64,000 nucleotides of DNA from NCBI RefSeq assembly GCF_018350175.1, contig NC_058368.1, positions 127,846,001 through 127,910,000 on the forward strand, read 5' to 3'. A program made the translations under genes and the position numbers. The first letter of the stretch is position 1. Each line of letters starts with the position of its first letter. Source of the DNA: Felis catus (taxonomy: Eukaryota). The notes beneath the pieces are model-generated. The model had not been told where the DNA came from and searched no databases. It saw only the letters and a list, made by a program, of their open reading frames with translations. This document shows positions 12,571 through 26,115 of this stretch, one piece after another.

Positions 12571-12661
12571 CTTGAGAAGTAACAAAATACAAGTGTTAAG
12601 ATATGCTTCTCTTCACATACAGTCAAATGGGTCATCTGCAGGGAGGCATCTGAAGGCTTAC

Positions 12662-12684
12662 GTGCCTTAGAGGCTTAACGTACA
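12662..12684 (-). pseudogene. Candidate 23-nt microexon: VR*ASKA(L)
   Basis: attctaccag| acceptor and CAC|gtaagc donor. Phase 2->1 joins the next exon to give ALLNFWI. Confidence 0.45.
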
Positions 12685-13112
12685 CTGGTAGAATTTAGTC
12701 ATGAGAAAAAAAAAACTTGAAGGAGGGATATGAAGTCAACAGAAATAAGCAGCAAAAATTTATTCAAAATGAAATGGAGGCTACAGATCCTGAGACACCA
12801 GGAGAGTAGTTTCTTGCTCTTTCTACCAAGAATGTTCTACAGGGCTCTTCTCCCGCCACCCATCTATTACAATTTAGTGCTCCTAGGATTCCAGCGCATC
12901 TCACTCTCATGAAATAATCTCACTCACTCTTAGGGGGTTAACAGTAGCTTATATCTGATGACTTCTAAATACTTATCTCCAGCTACAACTTGTACAACCT
13001 GCATGTGTCACAGGAACCTCCAAGGCAACATGTTCAAATTTAACTCACTATCCTCCCCCTCTGACTAGAATGCCCTCCTCTGTTTTTGTTTTGTTTCATT
13101 TTTGTTTTTGTT

Positions 13113-13215
13113 TTTAAGATTTTATTTTTAAATAATGTCTACACCCAGCATGGAGCTTGAATTCACAACCCTAAGACCAAGAGTTGCATGCTCCACTGAA
13201 TGAACCAGAAAGGAA
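13113..13215 (-). mobile_element. Short old tRNA-derived SINE
   Basis: ttttaagattttatttttaaataat...cttgaattcacaaccctaagaccaagagttgcatgctc. Confidence 0.7.
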
Positions 13216-13555
13216 TCTCTTGTTCTCCAATTTTCTTATCCCCTTGACAGTACAATCATCCAGCCAGGAAATCAAGCTAGAAATATAGACATCATTCCTG
13301 ACTGTCTCTCACTGTCAGTATCCAACCAGGCAGCAATTCATGCTGATTTTTACTTTCTAATTTTTTAGAACTAATTTATCTTGTCTCCATCATTACTACC
13401 TTTAGACAGGTTTAAGTCCTATCTTTGGCAATTAAAGTAACATTTTAGTTGATCATTTGCCTCTTAAATTTATTCTTTGTGCAGCTAACAAAGTGATCTT
13501 TGAAAAATACAATCCCATCCATTCCTCTCCCCTGTTAAACATACATCAGAATCTT

Positions 13556-13905
13556 CTTTTTTTTTTTAATATAATTTATTGTCAAATTGGCTAACATACA
13601 GTGTGGCAAGTGTACTCTTGGTTTTGGGGGTAGATGCCCTTGGTTCATTGCTTACATACAACACCCAGTGCTCATCCCAGCGAGTACCCTCCTCCATGCC
13701 CATCACCCATTTTCCCCTCTCCTTCTCCCCTCTCCACCCTCAGTTTGTTCTATGTATTTCAGAGTCTCTTATGATTTGCCTCCCTCTCTGTTTGTAACTA
13801 TTTCTCCCCTTCTCTTCCCCCATGGTCTTCTGTTAAGTTTCTCAAGATCCACATATGAGTGAAAACATATGATACCTGTCTTTCTCTGACTGACCTATTT
13901 CACTT
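13556..13905 (-). mobile_element. Felid L1 3' end (5'-truncated)
   Basis: polyT followed by aatataatttattgtcaaattggctaacatacagtgt...ttctctgactgacctatttcactt. Confidence 0.92.
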
Positions 13906-15130
13906 TTAGCTTATCCCACCATTAGCATCGCACACAGGATTATTCCCTTGGGATCTGATCCCCTTCAACCAACCCCTCCAGGCTCATCTCTCATTGCTTG
14001 GTGACTTATTTGTTTTGTTTTAGCAGCACTAAAATACTTGGATTCCTCCACATATCTGACCTTAGGTAATATGTTTGTAATTTCCCTATGCATTTTTGTC
14101 CAAAAAAAAAAAACCCATGACACGACTCCCCTTAATCTTTTCTATATCAACCTAAATAAATCCTTCAGCTCTGCCAACACCTTCTCTCAGAAGCCTTTCC
14201 TCAGTCACTTCCTGCTCAATAACCACCTCCCCCTTGTGCTTCCCAACCCAGTGGAACTATCGCTACCTTCCACTTAGAACATTGTATTGCTCTTACTTTC
14301 TTATTTCTGGGTTGGTCTCTCTCACCAGCTAGCTGTGAGATCACTGAGGTCAGAGAATATATATTATTTGACTAGTACACTGTCTTGTGGTCCATAAATA
14401 CTGAGTTAAATACTGGATTCCTAACTTTGGGGTTTTGATCACATATGGGGTTTTGTTCACAAATGAGATCTGGATATAGGTACTTATAACTAAAGCCATT
14501 TTTTCATTTGAAGGAAATAGATATTCAGAGGGAAGTTACAGAATTCCAATCTCTAGCTTTGGAAGACACTATTATAACTGACTGCAATCGTGTTGCTATA
14601 AAATGTTTGTGTAAGTATGACTGTTCTGAAAACTTATTAAGGTTATCCAAATCTGCTACTTCATAGTTTGTTGTATTTAGATCCTCTGTTTAAAGTGTAG
14701 AAAAATGACAAGAAAATATCCTACGATTGACCTTCTGGTTAGCCAAACCCATGGAAAGCAAGGGGCCAAAAGTTGACATTTAATGGACACTTGAAAAAGT
14801 GGTGAGATTTTGAAGGCTCCTGAATGTGTAACTAAAGCTTTGAGCATTTTGAGTGATGGTGATTACTCTCACTCCTGTCTCAAAATTATTAAAACTCTAC
14901 CTCAGTGTGATAAAAATGAGTAGTGTAATAAACTCTGGGTGCTCTTGGTTTTATTTTTATTTATGTTTTTGCATTTAACCTGCTGCTTTTATATTAGGCT
15001 AAGAGAATATTATTCTACAAGTGGTCTCCCAAACCAAAATAATGAAAAGCAAAAAAAACAAAAAAACAAAAAAAAAAAACCAGAAGCCTTCAGGGTTAAA
15101 TGATAACATCCCCTTAAGAATTATTAATAC

Positions 15131-15260
15131 TTTGCAAAATCTTCCTTCTTTGTTTTGGATCTTAGCACTGTTATTGTGAAGACTGTCTATCGAAACTTAT
15201 AAAGACATAAACGAAAGTAGTATCCCTGGAAAATGCCCATCTATATTCTTAGTTTGTCTC
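15131..15260 (-). pseudogene. Candidate 130-nt exon, frame unresolved
   Basis: Very strong acceptor ttttatcttcacttccctcag| and AAA|gtatta donor; stops in all frames. Confidence 0.45.
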
Positions 15261-16273
15261 CTGAGGGAAGTGAAGATAAAATAAACTTAAGACCTACTAA
15301 AAAGCCTTTCTAGAAGAAGCTCTTTTATGGAATGAAGCTAATAGAGAACTGGTAAAAAAAAAAAAAAAGATCATAAATATTGTAACACCCCAATAATAAC
15401 ATCTGCAAGTTTACTATTAAAATACAATAAAAGATAGTTTATACTGCCAACCTCTTAATCCCCTATAACATTTTAGAGAAAAAAAAAACTGCAAGGCAGT
15501 ATTACCATTCATAAGATAGGTGTCATATGATAATACCATAGTAAGAAAATCCTCCTTATTCATTTTTATGAAGAAAGATAAATTCCAGGTCATAGTTATT
15601 TATTGTTATAAAATCCTGAATGGTTACCTTAACTCAAACCTTTATGTTGAAAAAAGTGTGTGTGTAGACACACACACATTTTATTGAAATGTGTGTCCAA
15701 TCCTGGTGCATTGCTTCTAGCCTCTTTAGGAAACTAGAAAAACCAGTGACATTAAAAATTGTACCTATTCTGGCATTATCTAATATCTACACTATTTTTT
15801 AATAAGAATGTGCTTCCTCTTTTCTGAATGATTCTGTATTGGCAGATACATGGCATTATGCATTTGGAAAAAACCGTAAGTCACTGAGAATTTTGCTAAA
15901 AAATATCGACTTTCATGTTGTGGGCATCTACAACACTAGGGGCAACTGTCTATAATCTTTGCACCTTCTCATTTCTTAAATTTTAATAGCAGCTTTACTG
16001 ATTGCCTAACTCCAAGCTCTTGGAATAACTATGTAAGTTTATAATTACTTGTATTCTCTACTGTCCAGTGTGAAACTCCTAGAATATGGTCATAAATATT
16101 TATTACCTCTCTCATCACAGATGCCACCAAAGGGGAGAAATGTACAAAACCATAATGTTCAGAAGGAACTGGAAGATCCATCAGAAAACAAATGTATAGG
16201 AGGCAAAGCAGATAGAGAAGTGATAATGAAACAGAGTAAAATAAACCACAGTTTGAAGTGTCTAGAAGGGATA

Positions 16274-16330
<57 letters not shown>

Positions 16331-16435
16331 CTTGTCCAATCAGAAAGGCTCAAAATTCCAAAATATCAAGTACAGTGAAGTCAGGAAAGAGGACAGGAGT
16401 GAAAAGAGGAACTGATAATAAGAAGTGCAACTGTA

Positions 16436-16650
16436 GGAGCACCTGGGTGGCTCAGTCAGTTAAGCATCTGACTTCAGCTCAGGTCATGATCTTGTGTTTC
16501 ATGAGTTCAAGCCCCACATCAGGCTCTGTGCTGACAGCTCAGAGCCTGGAGCCTGCTTCGGATTCTGTGTCTCTCCCTCTTTCTGCCCCTCCCCTGCTTG
16601 TGCTCTCTCTCAAAAAATGAATAAATGTTAATTTTTTTTTTTAAAAAAAG
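16436..16650 (+). mobile_element. Felid CanSINE with TSD aagaagtgcaactg
   Basis: Head gcacctgggtggctcagtc, A-rich tail and flanking duplication. Confidence 0.92.
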
Positions 16651-17752
16651 AAGTGCAACTGCAGTCTCCAAATCTAGAAGCAGCCACTACCCATTCCAGT
16701 CATTATGTCTTACTGCCAGAGTGAAATATTTGAAGACTTTTCACTAAAAACAAAAACTTCATGGATATAAATAAATAAATGGAAATACTAAAAGCTCCTC
16801 ATGAAAAATCTCCACAATCTGGCATGTTCCGATCCTCCATAAAACTGTTGATTCAGTCCCATAACCCTAAAGCAAATTGCAAGTCATACTGGATTCAGGT
16901 TTTGGCCCTTGAACTTGAATAAAAAGATGACTGTGGTTCATCAGGCATCTGTAGAAAATTTGCCTTGAAAGAAAAAAAGGAAGATAAAATGACCCCAAAT
17001 GAAAAGATAATTTGGAGAAAATTCATTAATACTTGCAATTACTATCCTAAAAGAGATTTAAGAAAATATTCCTTCACTATAACAAGATCAAGATGTCATG
17101 GTAATGTAACAATCAGAGAATAAGAAAGAGCTAATAAAAATTACAAACAGGATTGCTCAAATAAACGATTCAAAGGAAGGGTTAGAATACAAATATGAGA
17201 GAAGTTTGTAAAAAGTTCTTTTTTATAGAATTTCTTTAAAAGATAAAAAATAAGATAGGAAAGATAAGAGACAGTGAAATTCATCTAAGAAATTCTATAT
17301 CCAATATTCCTGGAAGAAGAGAATGGAGCATATTGAAGATAATATATTGTCACAAAAATACCATAAGATTATTTTGCTTATGGATCCAAGTCTGGAGACT
17401 GAAAAGACCTACAACAAGGGTAGCGGTTGCACCAATGAGCTAAGGCTGCTGGAGGAAAACCGTCAGCTATGAGAAGAAGTCACTCCAGGTATGATAGTGA
17501 AGACCACTACAGCCACCGCTTTCATTTTACTCTCCTGGAAATATTTCATTCATTCTCACAAATTTAAGTACAGTCTACAGGTGTTTACTCTCAAATTCTT
17601 ATCTCCAGTTGCAACTTTGATACCTCAAGACATGCCAAGTCTGCTCTACCTGCATACCTTACGGGAACCTCAAATCTACCGTGTTCAAATTTGACTTACC
17701 ATTCTCCCCCTTGTCCTTCTTCATTCCCCTTGTTCCTGTTTTCCCTGGATGA

Positions 17753-18300
17753 TGTAGGGGCCAAGAATGGCCACCCCACTTTAGCATGCAGATTATTTTA
17801 AGATGAAAACAATCAAGACCCAAAGACTTGGGAAGAAACTTTAACCTTCCCCCCTAATTGTCTAAAAAGAATTTAGATAGAGGACCTGCTCCCGTAAGAC
17901 AGCTGTTACCATAGATAACCACATTACAATTTGAACTTGGGGTGGCAGACAGGGAGGAATTTAGCAAAGTCTGTTTGTTAAAATTTTTGCCTATGTTCCA
18001 TTGTTTCTGACCAGTCTAGCAAACATTTGATTACTAAACATTTTCTCTTTTGCATCTTTCCATGAATTGCTTTTCTTCCCTGTGAAGTTCCAGACCCCTA
18101 TCTCCTTTTCCCTAGTTCAGGATGACATATATTCCTCGTTTTGCCTGACTGTCTTTGGAGTCTCATGTTTATGCAAATTCCTCACTCATATGAAATTACA
18201 CTTGATTTTCTCCTGTTGATCTGTCTTGTGCCAATTTAATTCTGAGTCCAGCTAGAAGAATCTTGAAGAATGGAGAAAAAAAATTTTTTTCTCTCCAACA
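17753..18300 (+). mobile_element. ERV1-class solo LTR (MER34-like)
   Basis: TG...CA termini (tgtaggggccaagaatggccacccc ... ctctccaaca) and LTR-like internal motifs. Subfamily is uncertain. Confidence 0.7.
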
Positions 18301-18677
18301 ATAAGGCAATCATCCATCAAATAGAAACAACTTGATATTTGGGAGTCACCCTTTATTCTGTGATCTCTCACTGTCAGCATACAAATGGCCACTGAGATCT
18401 GCCATTTTCACTTGCTTTAATAAAAACTCCAATCCATCTTCCCTTTTCCATTCTCACTTGCCTTATGTAGAGTCACATAAATTCGCAGGAATCAAAGGGA
18501 GCATTGGCAAGGAACTAGATAAATTATAGAACAAAATACAGGTCAAAAACAGACCATGCACAACAACATGGAAATTTTATGATTGTCAAGGTGGCATTTC
18601 AAGTAGATGAGGAAAATATGACTATTTTAGTCTATGGTGATAGAATCATTGGTTATCTATTTGGAAAAAACAGTAAT

Positions 18678-19168
18678 GGGACCCTTGAGTGGCTCAGTCG
18701 GTTAAGCGTCCGAGTTCGGCTCACGTCATGATCTCACGGTCCGGTCCGTGAGTTTAAGCCCCGCTTTGGGCTCTGTGTTGACAGCTCAGAGCCTGGAGCC
18801 TGCTTCAGATTCTGTGTCTCCCTCTCTCTCTCTGACCCTCCCCCATTCATGCATTGTCTCTGTCTCAAAAATAAATAAACATTAAAAAAAATTTAAAGAA
18901 AAAAAAATTATATTCCTTTATGACATTACCATAATCACAATTATAGATGGATTTAAAATTTAAATGTAGGGGCACCTGGGTGGCTCAGTCGGTTGGGCGA
19001 CCGACTTCGGCTCAGGTCATGATCTCACTGTCAGTGAGTTCGAGCCCCGCATCGGGCTCTGTGCTAACAGCTCAGAGCCTGGAGCCTGTTTCAGATTCTG
19101 TGTCTCCCTCTCTCTCTGACCCTCCTCCGTTCATGCTCTGTCTCTCTCTGTCTCAAAAATAAATAAAC

Positions 19169-19226
<58 letters not shown>

Positions 19227-19490
19227 AATTTAAATGTAAAAATCAGAGCTACGTAGGGCACCTGGGTAGCTCAGTTGGTTAATTGCCCATCCAACTTCAG
19301 CTCAGGTCATGATGTCACCACTCTGTGAGTGCGAGCCCAGCATCGGGCTCGGGCTCTCTGCTGGAAGCTCAGAACTCAGAGCCTGCTTCGAATTCTGTCT
19401 CCCTCTCTCCTTCCCTTCCTCCCTCCATCTCTCTCTCTCTCTCTCTCTCTTTCTCTCAAAAATAAATAAACATTAACAAAAATTAAAAAA
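18678..19490 (+). mobile_element. Three clustered felid CanSINEs (about 18678-18905, 18969-19230, 19256-19490)
   Basis: Three heads and tails; the middle copy is flanked by TSD aaaatttaaatgta and has a (TAAA)n tail. Confidence 0.92.
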
Positions 19491-20383
19491 CAGAACTATG
19501 AAAGTATTAAAAAATAGGAGATTATATTATAAAACTTTGGATTAAAGACTTAACAGAGGAGATTAGGAAAATATAGTATGCAAATCACTGAACACAAAGC
19601 AGTATAGTCTACTATCTTTGCACTGTGGTATAACCATAAGAATCATGAAAACTGTTTATAAGCAAACTTTTCCCAATGCGTTGTTTTTCTTTGCTTCATT
19701 TATCTTTCTATACTCGTCCCATTTAACTATTTTAGAACCTTGCTCTTATTCTCTGAACTTCCTCACCCATATCATCACCATCTTGATTTTCAAGCCTAAA
19801 TGCTCCAAACTGGGTCAGCCATCACCTCCATGCAGCTTCTCCTACCTCTTTGTCTACCAAAAGCAAAGACTCACAACTGAGTTATAGCTCTCCCATGTAG
19901 CACTCACTGTATTTCAGGCTTTGTGCCAAGCACCTTACCTACGTCATTTTTAATCTTCACTACAACTTTTAAGGGAGTTTTTGTTACAACCATTTTGGCA
20001 TAATTGCTTCAATCCCAGTCTCTTTTTCTTAGGAAAACCACTTTTCTAAAAAAACTAATGCATACTTACCTTAATTTACATATAAGGAAAAAAATAAAGA
20101 TGAAAGTAAAACGGGCAATTGTACAATTTCACCACCAAAAAGAAAGCATAAACATTAGGTAAACATGATTCCAGACATCTTTCTAAGAATGTATTATGAT
20201 ATATGATAGATGGTGGTGGACAGAAAGATAAATGAGAGAAATATTTTTCTAAAAATGTGAATTATATACTACTGTTATTTTTATTTAATATTATTCAATT
20301 TAACTGCAATTGGTGTCAACAGAAGAAAATAACCTGAAGATACAATTGTTAAACTTTATATAATCACAGGACTTTTTATTGGA

Positions 20384-20485
20384 GGGGTGCATGAATGGCT
20401 CAGTCAGGTAAGCATCTGACTCTTAATTTTGGCTGAGGTCATGATCTCACGGTTCTTGAGTTCAAGACCCATGTCAGGCTTGGAA

Positions 20486-20518
<33 letters not shown>

Positions 20519-20572
20519 CTCTCTCCCTCCCTCCCTCTCTCTCTCCCAATATCAATAAACCAACCTAAAAAA
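20384..20572 (+). mobile_element. CanSINE
   Basis: ggggtgcatgaatggctcagtc head, (CT)n and A tail. Confidence 0.85.
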
Positions 20573-22225
20573 AAGACATTATGTTGGATAAATAAGACAA
20601 CTGACTCTCCTTTTTTGGAAAAAAAAAAAAAGAGCCTCTTAGTGTTTTCACATTCTCTCCTTCTATCCTCCCTTCCCTTCCTCCCATCCTCCTCTATCTT
20701 CTCGTAACCATTATTCTTTCAGGCACAGTCTCTCTGCAATCATAATTCCTATTGTTGTTTGTAACTCATCCTATAGATGAATTTATTATAGAGCAATTAT
20801 TCTGGAATATTCCTTATAAGATTTATCACTGTTTGGAAAATTGTACATATATGTGTGTGATTATTTGATCAGTGCATTTCTTTTCTCCCCAAAGACTTAA
20901 GTTCCATCAAGGCAGGGACTCTACTTCTTTTTATTCACCACTACCACACCACACCTCACACAGTGTCTGACACAGTAAAAATATTCAATAAATATTTGTT
21001 GGATGAGAATCAAGTGTGTTAAGGGCCCCATCAAATGAGCACATAGTACAATAATGGGGACTCAAAAGAGGGTGAAATACTCAAGAAAAACTTTATAGAA
21101 GATGCTATCTTTGAGGAGCACTGGATTTTGTTATATGATAGTGCCACAGGTTAATCTGTGTTATTTTAGGGGTGGAATGGACTAGGAACCAGCGGGAGAT
21201 TGGCGCCATGAGATATGTGCCTGACCTAATTTTATGCATTATGCGTGCTTGATATACAGAAAACTGTCTTGAAGGATAATACCTAAATGTTCACTATAGT
21301 TATCTGATGGTAAAGTGACTCCAAATAACTTTTTTTTCTTCTTTATTCCTCTAAAATCTATCTTTTCCATAATAAGCACATTTCTTTCATAAACAGATGA
21401 AAAATAATAAGGCTATTTTTATTTTGGAAAAACAAATATCCATGACAATTAACATCTATGGGGACTCACTTGGTGCCAAAAAATGCCCTAACATTAACAA
21501 TATTCATTTCATATTTGAAACAAAATTGTGAGGTAAGGTTTATTGTTGTGCTCATTTGATGAATGAGGAATATTAGAACCAAGAAAGCTTAACTACTTGG
21601 CTCAAGGTCACACAGCCTTTAAGAAGAGGAGGTAGCACTGAAACCAAGCTATCTAGCTCTAGACTTTATGCTACTACCTGTAATTACTTCTCACAGCAGA
21701 GCAAAATTTTGATAATCTGAGCTCTCTTTTATTATTTCAATTAGAAGAAATCCAGGCAGCATTAGTGACAGGCACAGACAACCTGCACTGTGCAGTCTCA
21801 TTTTCTACTCTTCCTCTTTAAAATAGGATAATCTTTGAACTTGTTCATCTAACTCTCTCCACCAAGAACGGGCCACACGAACAGCTAGAAATGTGCCATT
21901 CAAAACCTGGTAAGATGCAGTCTCCTGAACAAGTTACACATGAAATCAAATCCCTCCCATATTATTTCTCCATCCTGTTTTCTTAGATTAAATCAATGGA
22001 TAATTCATTATCTCTCCTCAAAGGGCCATTTCCAATGCCTTCAATTATGTTAGCATTTCTTATCCCAAAATAAATGTCATGCCTCACCAGGGTCACACAA
22101 TGAAATGTGATGTGGTCTATTTGCCTGAGTTTTCAAGGGCATTTGGTGACTGCTATTCCGTATACAATGCATCATTATGCACCTACTTGACTAAAAAAAG
22201 AGCAGGAACTGCAGGTAATTCTTAC

Positions 22226-22422
22226 CCTCCAGGCAAAGTCCATGCCTTAATGTACGGTGGAAAACTAAACATACTAGTGAATCAATCCTAATAAACTTTG
22301 AATACACACTTTGCATTGTGACTTCTGGGCCTTTTTGATTTCCTTTTTTGCTCAACTCAAAGAGATTCAGAAAAGTGGGTTTCTAGTAAAAGCTTCTTTC
22401 TCCAAAGAAGTTCTTTCTTCTA
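22226..22422 (-). pseudogene. RGS-core exon: EERTSLEKEAFTRNPLF*IS / ELSKKGNQKGPEVTMQSVYSKFIRIDSLVCLVFHRTLRHGLCLE
   Basis: cttcttaatag| acceptor and GAGG|gtaaga donor. Best RGS match in the window. TGA at 22367-22369 sits where the conserved Trp would be, followed by a 1-nt frameshift. Confidence 0.7.
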
Positions 22423-22822
22423 CTATTAAGAAGTGGGTAAGTCAAATAGAATCTATGTTTAATCATGACCCCTTAATAGTGAGGTGATTGTAAATACATG
22501 TGTGTGTATGACCTATTCTTTTTTCATGTATGAAATTTATGTTCTACATGTGCATGCTATATCTTATGGTGATTAAGGGCATGTAAGTAGTTTACATGAC
22601 CCTAAAATTTTTACCAATACTTTAAAAAATATTGCATGGCCCTGTACACAGTATATTCTTGCACAGTAGTCTACACAGTTCATGGAGATGTTTTTGAGCC
22701 ATCTCCCAATAGCACAGTAGTTTTTACAATCAACTCAGTTCACTGAAACAATGTAGACAGTTGACCTAGAAAATAGAAGTGAAATTTCAATCCGGGGTCT
22801 AGAATCATTTAATTCAGCTAAC

Positions 22823-23248
22823 CGTATCATTACGGTTATCAGCTCTTTATCTCAGTCCGTATCGTGTGATTCCTTTCTAAAGCATGAAATCACCTCACAA
22901 AAATGACCAATAAAATCTAAGATGAAACAACACGTTTTCTCATTTATGCTTTTATTAGGTGAGTCATCTCTTTTGCAATCACTACTCCGGCTTGGTCTAT
23001 GCTATTTAAGTTCCTTCCTTTAACTAATCTCATTTGCTTCCATCTATGCTGATCTGCATTGTTTTCTCCTGAGACACAGTGAAAAGAAAATTGTTGTGCT
23101 TTTATCTACTCATGTGTTCTTTCTATAATCCAGCAGGGAGTTCAGTACTCAATACAGCATTTTACTGTCACACGATTACATCGTCATCCATCACCATCTA
23201 TAATTTTTCCAGAGAAACCATTTGGCTCTTCTGTAATTTCTGATGCTT
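22823..23248 (-). pseudogene. Cluster of about three degraded candidate exons (acceptors near 23248, 23068 and 22916)
   Basis: Three polypyrimidine-AG acceptors, locally retained CpGs and part-open frames such as ENNADQHRWKQMRLVKG. Boundaries are uncertain. Confidence 0.35.
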
Positions 23249-23523
23249 CTGCAATGATCACAGACAATAAAATAACAAAATAAAAGAGGAAAAAGCAATT
23301 TCACAAACAAGAACATTAAGTGGATAGCATTCTCTGCTCTCTTTTGACACAAATAAATTCAGTCCCCTGACATCTGATGTATTCACTCATATATGCCCAC
23401 ACTTCACTTATTCATGTTCCCCAAGCGCTAGGAAAAAATGCTGAGTTCTTGCATGCTCCATTGCTAAGCCCTACTGCTTGCCTCCTCCTTAAGGTATGGC
23501 ATGTGTTCTTTGAAGTGAATCTG

Positions 23524-23622
23524 GTGCTGGCTTTGGCAGCACATAGACTAAAATTAGAATGATACAGAAAAGATTAGCCTGGCCCCTATGCAAAGAGGAC
23601 ATGCAAATTCGTGGAGTGTTCT
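23524..23622 (+). pseudogene. RNU6: U6 snRNA retropseudogene
   Basis: gtgctggctttggcagcacatagactaaaattagaatgatacagaaaagattagcctggcccc... is collinear with U6 but has many substitutions; followed by a purine-rich tail. Confidence 0.92.
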
Positions 23623-23713
23623 GGGAAAGGAAAGGAAAGGAAAGGAAAGGAAAGGAAAGGAAAGGAAAGGAAAGGAAAGGAAAGGAAAGGAAAGGAAAGG
23701 AAAGGAAAGGAAA

Positions 23714-23801
<88 letters not shown>

Positions 23802-23853
23802 AAAAAAGAAGGAAGGAAGGAAGGAAGGAAGGAAGGAAGGAAGGAAGGAAGGA

Positions 23854-23917
<64 letters not shown>

Positions 23918-23925
23918 AAAAGAAA
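23623..23925 (+). repeat. Compound (GGAAA)n-(GAAA)n-(GGAA)n-(GAAA)n microsatellite
   Basis: About 300-nt pure purine tract seen directly. Confidence 0.97.
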
Positions 23926-24086
23926 GTCTACATGGCAGACAAAAACAGAAGGAAAGAAGACTGGATGGGCCCAGGCACAGGTCTCTTCACCTGGCTTTGG
24001 AATTATAAACTTGGGCTGAAAGAAACAAGGAGGAAAGTTCAACCTATTTTCTTGAATGTCAGTAAAGAAGACACACTAGAATTCTC

Positions 24087-24118
24087 TTTTATTATTATTT
24101 TCTTAATGTATGGGTTTT

Positions 24119-24164
<46 letters not shown>

Positions 24165-24178
24165 CAAGTAGCCGGAGG

Positions 24179-24226
<48 letters not shown>

Positions 24227-24352
24227 CTGAAGCAGGCTCCAGGCTCTGAGCTGTCAGTGCAGAGCCCAACACGGGGCTCGAACGCACAAAATGTGACATC
24301 ATGACTTGAGCCGAAATTGGACACCTAACCAACTGAGCCACCCAGATGCCTC
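24087..24352 (-). mobile_element. Felid CanSINE with two expanded (GA)n tracts
   Basis: Reverse-oriented head ...ctgagccacccagatgcc. Confidence 0.92.
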
Positions 24353-25190
24353 TAAAGTTCTCCTTTAAATATCCTTATAAATCGTTCTAGGTCTCAAAAT
24401 AGTAAATGAATTGTTATTATTTGTGTAAATATAAAAACAAACCTAAAATTTATAAAACCTAGTAGAGCTTAAGAAACTATATTAGGATACCACTGTGTCT
24501 TGATAGACCCCAAATTTCCAAAATTTTGAGAAGTTCAGTACCTCACTGATTATTTAATTTACTGGCATGGTTTTCCCACCCTCCTTTTTCTAAAAATGCA
24601 ATAGTTTCTTTTAGTAAATGAAAGATAATTTTTATTACTTCCAAGTACCTGTTAAAGCAGATTCCTCCTTCTTCTCCTCTTTCTTCTTTGAAGCATCATA
24701 TAACAAGTCAGTAATCCATGTTCTAGGCATAATCCTGGGTGCGTGCTACTTTATTATTTTTAATTTTCAAAAGTTCTGCAAGGTAAGTATTGTTCATTTC
24801 TTCATTTGCTGAAGAATAAAACTTAGTGTTGGAGAGGTTACAATAACTTGCCAAGTCCTGGCAGGTAGTAAATAATGCAGCTAGTATTCAGAATCGGGTC
24901 TGACTGGCCTGATTCTGACCAAACTTGTGATCTTGCATTCTATAAGTCCAAGGTGTATCAGCAGGCTTAACTCTAATCAGAGACCTCCCCAGGCAGTAGA
25001 GAGCTATAGCACAGAGTTGTTTACAGGTGGGATGGGATAAAGGAAACTTTCAACATTTAATGTTTGTGGGCCCTGCTCCTGGGCTCCCAGGGAAGCTACA
25101 CTTTTACATCCATGAAGGTCAGAATGCCTTAACCAAACCTTCAAAGTATGGGCTCTATTCTTGCCCCAAGCATACAGTGTACATCTGCTT

Positions 25191-25540
25191 TGTTGGCAAA
25201 TGACCTAAAAGAAACATTTCAAACTAAAGATAGCAGTAAGATTTTCCCTAAGTTCTGGTCCCATACCTCTGAAACCTGCCACCTTGTACATACTAAAAGC
25301 ATAAGATAAAGTTTGTAATTTTCTGGGATGTCCTTTGTCATGATGATGTGTGACTCTTGATGTAACTAAAAACATGCATAACCTGGAGCGTGTGGAGGGC
25401 TCAGTTGGTTAAGTGTCCAGGAGCTCTTGATTTTGTCATGATCTCAGGTTATGATCTCATGGTTCATGACATTGAGCCTTGAGTCGAATTCTCTCTCCCT
25501 CTGTCCCTCTGTCTCTGTCTCTCTCTCAAAATAAATAAAC

Positions 25541-25573
<33 letters not shown>

Positions 25574-25925
25574 CATATATATGGGATATATATATACATA
25601 TATATGGGATATATCTATATAGATATCTCTCTATATATAGGTATCTATATATATAGATATAGATACCTATATATAGAGAGATATATATCTATATAGAGAG
25701 ATATCTATATATATATGGGGGTGCCTGGGTGGCTCAGTGCTATGCGTCTGACTTTGGCTCAGGTCGTGATCTCACAGTGGGTGGGTTCGATCCCTGCATC
25801 AGGCTCTGTGCTGACAGTTCAGAGGCTGGAGCTGCTTTGCATTTTGTGTCTCCCTCTCTCTCTATCCCTCCCCCACTAATAGTCTGTCTCTATCTAAAAA
25901 ATAAACATTATTTTTTTTTTTACAA

Positions 25926-25975
<50 letters not shown>

Positions 25976-26115
25976 CTGTATTAAACATTCCTTTTCCAGA
26001 GTACTCTCTTCTTTGTGAAGATTGAGTATTCTGGGCAGCTGCCCTAACTTAGGCTCAAATAAATTCTCTTCCTTTTTAAAGAAATTCTAAAAGGTTTGTT
26101 CATTTTGCCTTAGCA
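25191..26115 (+). mobile_element. Probable ERV LTR interrupted by two CanSINEs (about 25385-25550, 25717-25915) plus (TA)n and (CA)n
   Basis: LTR-like flanks (tgttggc... and ...ggcagctgccctaacttaggctcaaataaattctc). The SINEs are clear; the LTR call is less so. Confidence 0.6.

Noticed and set aside
23554..24123. Long K/E/R-rich and F/L/S-rich ORFs (143-170 aa)
   Set aside because: They are translations of the purine microsatellite.
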